The notes under the pieces: generated by a model
The model's input: only the letters and a program-made list of their open reading frames with translations
What the model was told of the DNA's origin: nothing
Database searches by the model: none
Translations under genes and position numbers: made by a program
In this document: positions 45,658-58,459 of the stretch, piece by piece
Position numbering within the stretch: position 1 is the stretch's first letter
How the letters are laid out: every line of letters begins with the position of its first letter
Assembly (NCBI GenBank): GCA_002633005.1
Contig: NMRA01000235.1
Coordinates: 115,258 to 173,716 of the forward strand
From: Phoronis australis
Lineage: Eukaryota; Animalia; Phoronida
Length of the DNA: 58,459 nt
Direction: 5' to 3'

Positions 45658-46569
45658 TCAGGTCTAAAGCAGGGGTACTTTTGAAGCCCTGGAGGGTATT
45701 CACCTGGAATCCCCTCCCGCTGGAGGGTATTCAACTGGACTCGTAAACTGAGAAAACGAGGACAAAGCAACCATTATGTAAAAAAAGAAATCAGCAAATT
45801 GAAAGTGAGGCAGGGTTCCCACTGGACATGTAACAAGTCAGTAAATAAGTATTTACACGTCTCACCAGACCGTCGGGCATCAAAGCACACCTATTTGGCA
45901 ATGTACCCTACTGACTTCATTTTACTCGACAGTCGCCTACCTCCGCAAACAACGGGTAAAAGTACACATCTTCATGGGAATGTGAGCGCACTAGGTCGTC
46001 ACACAACACTTGGTAAACGTAGATATTTATTCAACATTAATTTTTCATTATCGTTTACTTGTTGCAAAAGGTGTAGCTGCAGCCGCTATTATCGTTTACA
46101 TGTTGCTACAGTCGTAGTTGCAGCCGCTAGCTGCAGTAAACATTGCTTAAAGACCACTAACATTCCTGGTTTCAGTTTAGTCTTAACACATTCTATATTT
46201 ATACGACTCAATCTCTGTTACGCAGAAATGAAATTAGAATACCAGCTGATGGGAGAAGTCTTGAACAAGGCTGGGAAAGCCAAACTATCGTCTCAAAGTG
46301 GACATGTTCTTTCAAGAACCCAACAAAGATTCTTGAACCAAACCAAGCAAAAGCAAAGTTGTCATGTTGCACCCCCTGTGACGAGATATGGAGGAACGAT
46401 GCCTTATGACATCTGTTTCACCACCGCCTGGTGCAGTGAAGATTAGATAATGTTGAGGCTTTACTACATCCTGTTTACCACCGCCTGGTGTAGTGAAAGG
46501 TGAACAATGTTGATGCCTCATGTTATCTTGTATAACACGTTACAGTGAAAGATGGACAATATTAATGGC

Positions 46570-56659
<10,090 letters not shown>

Positions 56660-58459
56660 TTTACTTGTTCTCAAATCTGAAGCAGGTCACAAAATGTACA
56701 CCATTTTCAATTAAAATACACAGATTGGTAAAAATACGATTCAAGCATGCATTATTTATAAGAAAAATGAAATATGTTCTTTAACTGATGACCTTTGGTC
56801 ACCTTTTGTGACAATTTCTAGTTTGTTTACCAAAAAAGACCTGTAAAATACAGTTTCCGACATGACATGCGCATTGAGATTTCAAAATGGTAGGTCAGGT
56901 GAGATGTTTACTTATTCAATATTACCTTGTCATGTCAGAGTGTTGTCGAATTTTCTTGTGTTGTTTTTGTTATTTGCTTAAAATGCTACACCAGCTTATT
57001 CAATCTGGCTGGAACGTAGGTGGCGTGACATCAGCATTCCCTTCATTAGAATTGAAACAACCACACACCAGTGCCAGTGGCAGTGGCAGTGAGTGAGTGA
57101 CGAAAGTTCAACTCGACTCATTTGACTGAGAGTGAGAGGGCTAAGAAAATTCCAGGCAAACCACAGGCGGCCATCTGCTTGTCGCTTGAACGATACAATA
57201 GTGGCCGACCACAAAGCAAGACTTTACCGATTGAATTTTGAATGCCTAAAATCTCAGTCGTCTCTGCTCGGGCTCTGCTTCTGGTACTCTGGTAGTGGTA
57301 GACGTGTCATTACAGTCATTGTCTCAACTGGGTCCAAGCCAGTGCCAGTGGCAGTAAGCAGTATAGACGGTAGTCACATGTGCGCACCCACCTTAAAATA
57401 TGGGGGGATTGAATTTTTCGGTTTGTGGACATTTTACTGAAACGGGTTTCTCTTAACGCGGACCTTTTTGCCTGCTTCGCCAAATGGGGGGGCTCGTTCG
57501 AGCCCTCAAGTCCTTTCTGGGTGCGCGCATGTAGTCATACCATATTGGCCATCTGCAGTCGGTGAATTATGCCTCACACTGCTCAAACCGTCAAAGTCAT
57601 GTTGCTGTGCAAGTACTGTTTGTGCATAGAGGAACATCACATGTACCTTTTCTGCATAGAGCCATAGAGGGACACCTTTGGAGGTCGTTGATGTCTTTTT
57701 AGTTTGATTATTGTGAGGCATAATTCTCTGAAAAGCTTCTAGCATATGGAGGGCCTGCATGATGACTACCCTCTCTACTGGGGCCAGTTGAGACGGTGGT
57801 ACAGTACTGTCTATGCCACTAACCCATTTCTGATTGTGAAAGTTGTGGCAACCATCGCTCATGGTCTACATGCGGTGCACCACAGGGGGCCTGAGGAGCC
57901 TAGCCCCCACTTTTTTCAGTGCTGTGCCGCCCATGTCAAAGGGCCCCTGTAACGATGAGAAGGGGGACCCAATAAGCAATCCCCCTGGTAGCAACAGGGC
58001 TTCAAGCTGTTGCTCATTACAGGCTCAGCAGATAATAAAAACAAGTCTGAGAATAATTCCTAGGCATGTTTGCATTACTTATTGATCCTGTCAATTGTAT
58101 GCTTTGATCCATAAACTCAGAACTGGATACCTAATCTGCAGTCACCAAGTCAAAAGTCTTCAGTGTGCTATTTAGCGTTTGTGTGATTTCACTTTGTGAA
58201 GGGCCTGGGTTATTTACCCTTGTTTATGACCAGACAAGATCACTGAATTAAGCCTTGCCAACTTTAAAGTCCTTGTTGCAAACTGCCCATGTGGTTCCAG
58301 TATCCGAAAATACTTACTACATAAATTCTTATTTTCGACACCCTTTCTTTATATTCTTTTCGCCTTTCTTGCCAAAAGCGATTTTGTAACAGTATTTGAC
58401 CCTTCTCTCTGAGCGTATGATTACCGGTTGTCATCGGTTATTTCCGTACCCACATTTCC

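Noticed and set aside
45799-46446. 215-aa plus-strand ORF
   Set aside because: No recognisable motif, non-ATG start, and antisense to the COPS2 3' UTR.
57506-58085. GC-richer segment with short ORFs, possibly a LINE 5' end
   Set aside because: No identifiable domain or termini; cannot be classified from sequence alone.

Overview
This is animal (eukaryotic) genomic DNA from a fragmented draft assembly; an invertebrate, possibly a mollusc, is an inference from the repeat content. Three intron-containing genes can be rebuilt exon by exon with consistent GT-AG sites and phases. ANKLE1/LEM-3 (minus strand, 10 exons, ~917 aa) lies head-to-head, across a ~500 bp promoter, with lysosomal glucocerebrosidase GBA1 (plus strand, 11 exons, ~524 aa). 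GBA1 converges with COP9 signalosome subunit 2, COPS2 (minus strand, 13 exons, ~444 aa). Three tandem near-identical blocks joined at N bases are most likely uncollapsed haplotypes, and they expose filled versus empty insertion sites. The non-coding DNA holds a decayed Harbinger Myb/SANT ORF, a decayed Tx1/L1 LINE, a HERO-like fragment, several TIR elements with 5-bp TSDs (hAT5-like), Harbinger MITEs and many minisatellites. The two most notable observations are (i) a Helentron/HINE-like element carrying 11 co-oriented CTCF-like motifs at 124-158 bp spacing just downstream of the ANKLE1 stop codon, and (ii) tiny 17-24 bp CANRG...CYNTG palindromes with 7-bp TSDs that look like P-element excision footprints, two of them polymorphic between the duplicated blocks. 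No bacterial-type systems, rRNA genes or CRISPR arrays are present. All family assignments come from motif recognition, not from database searches.
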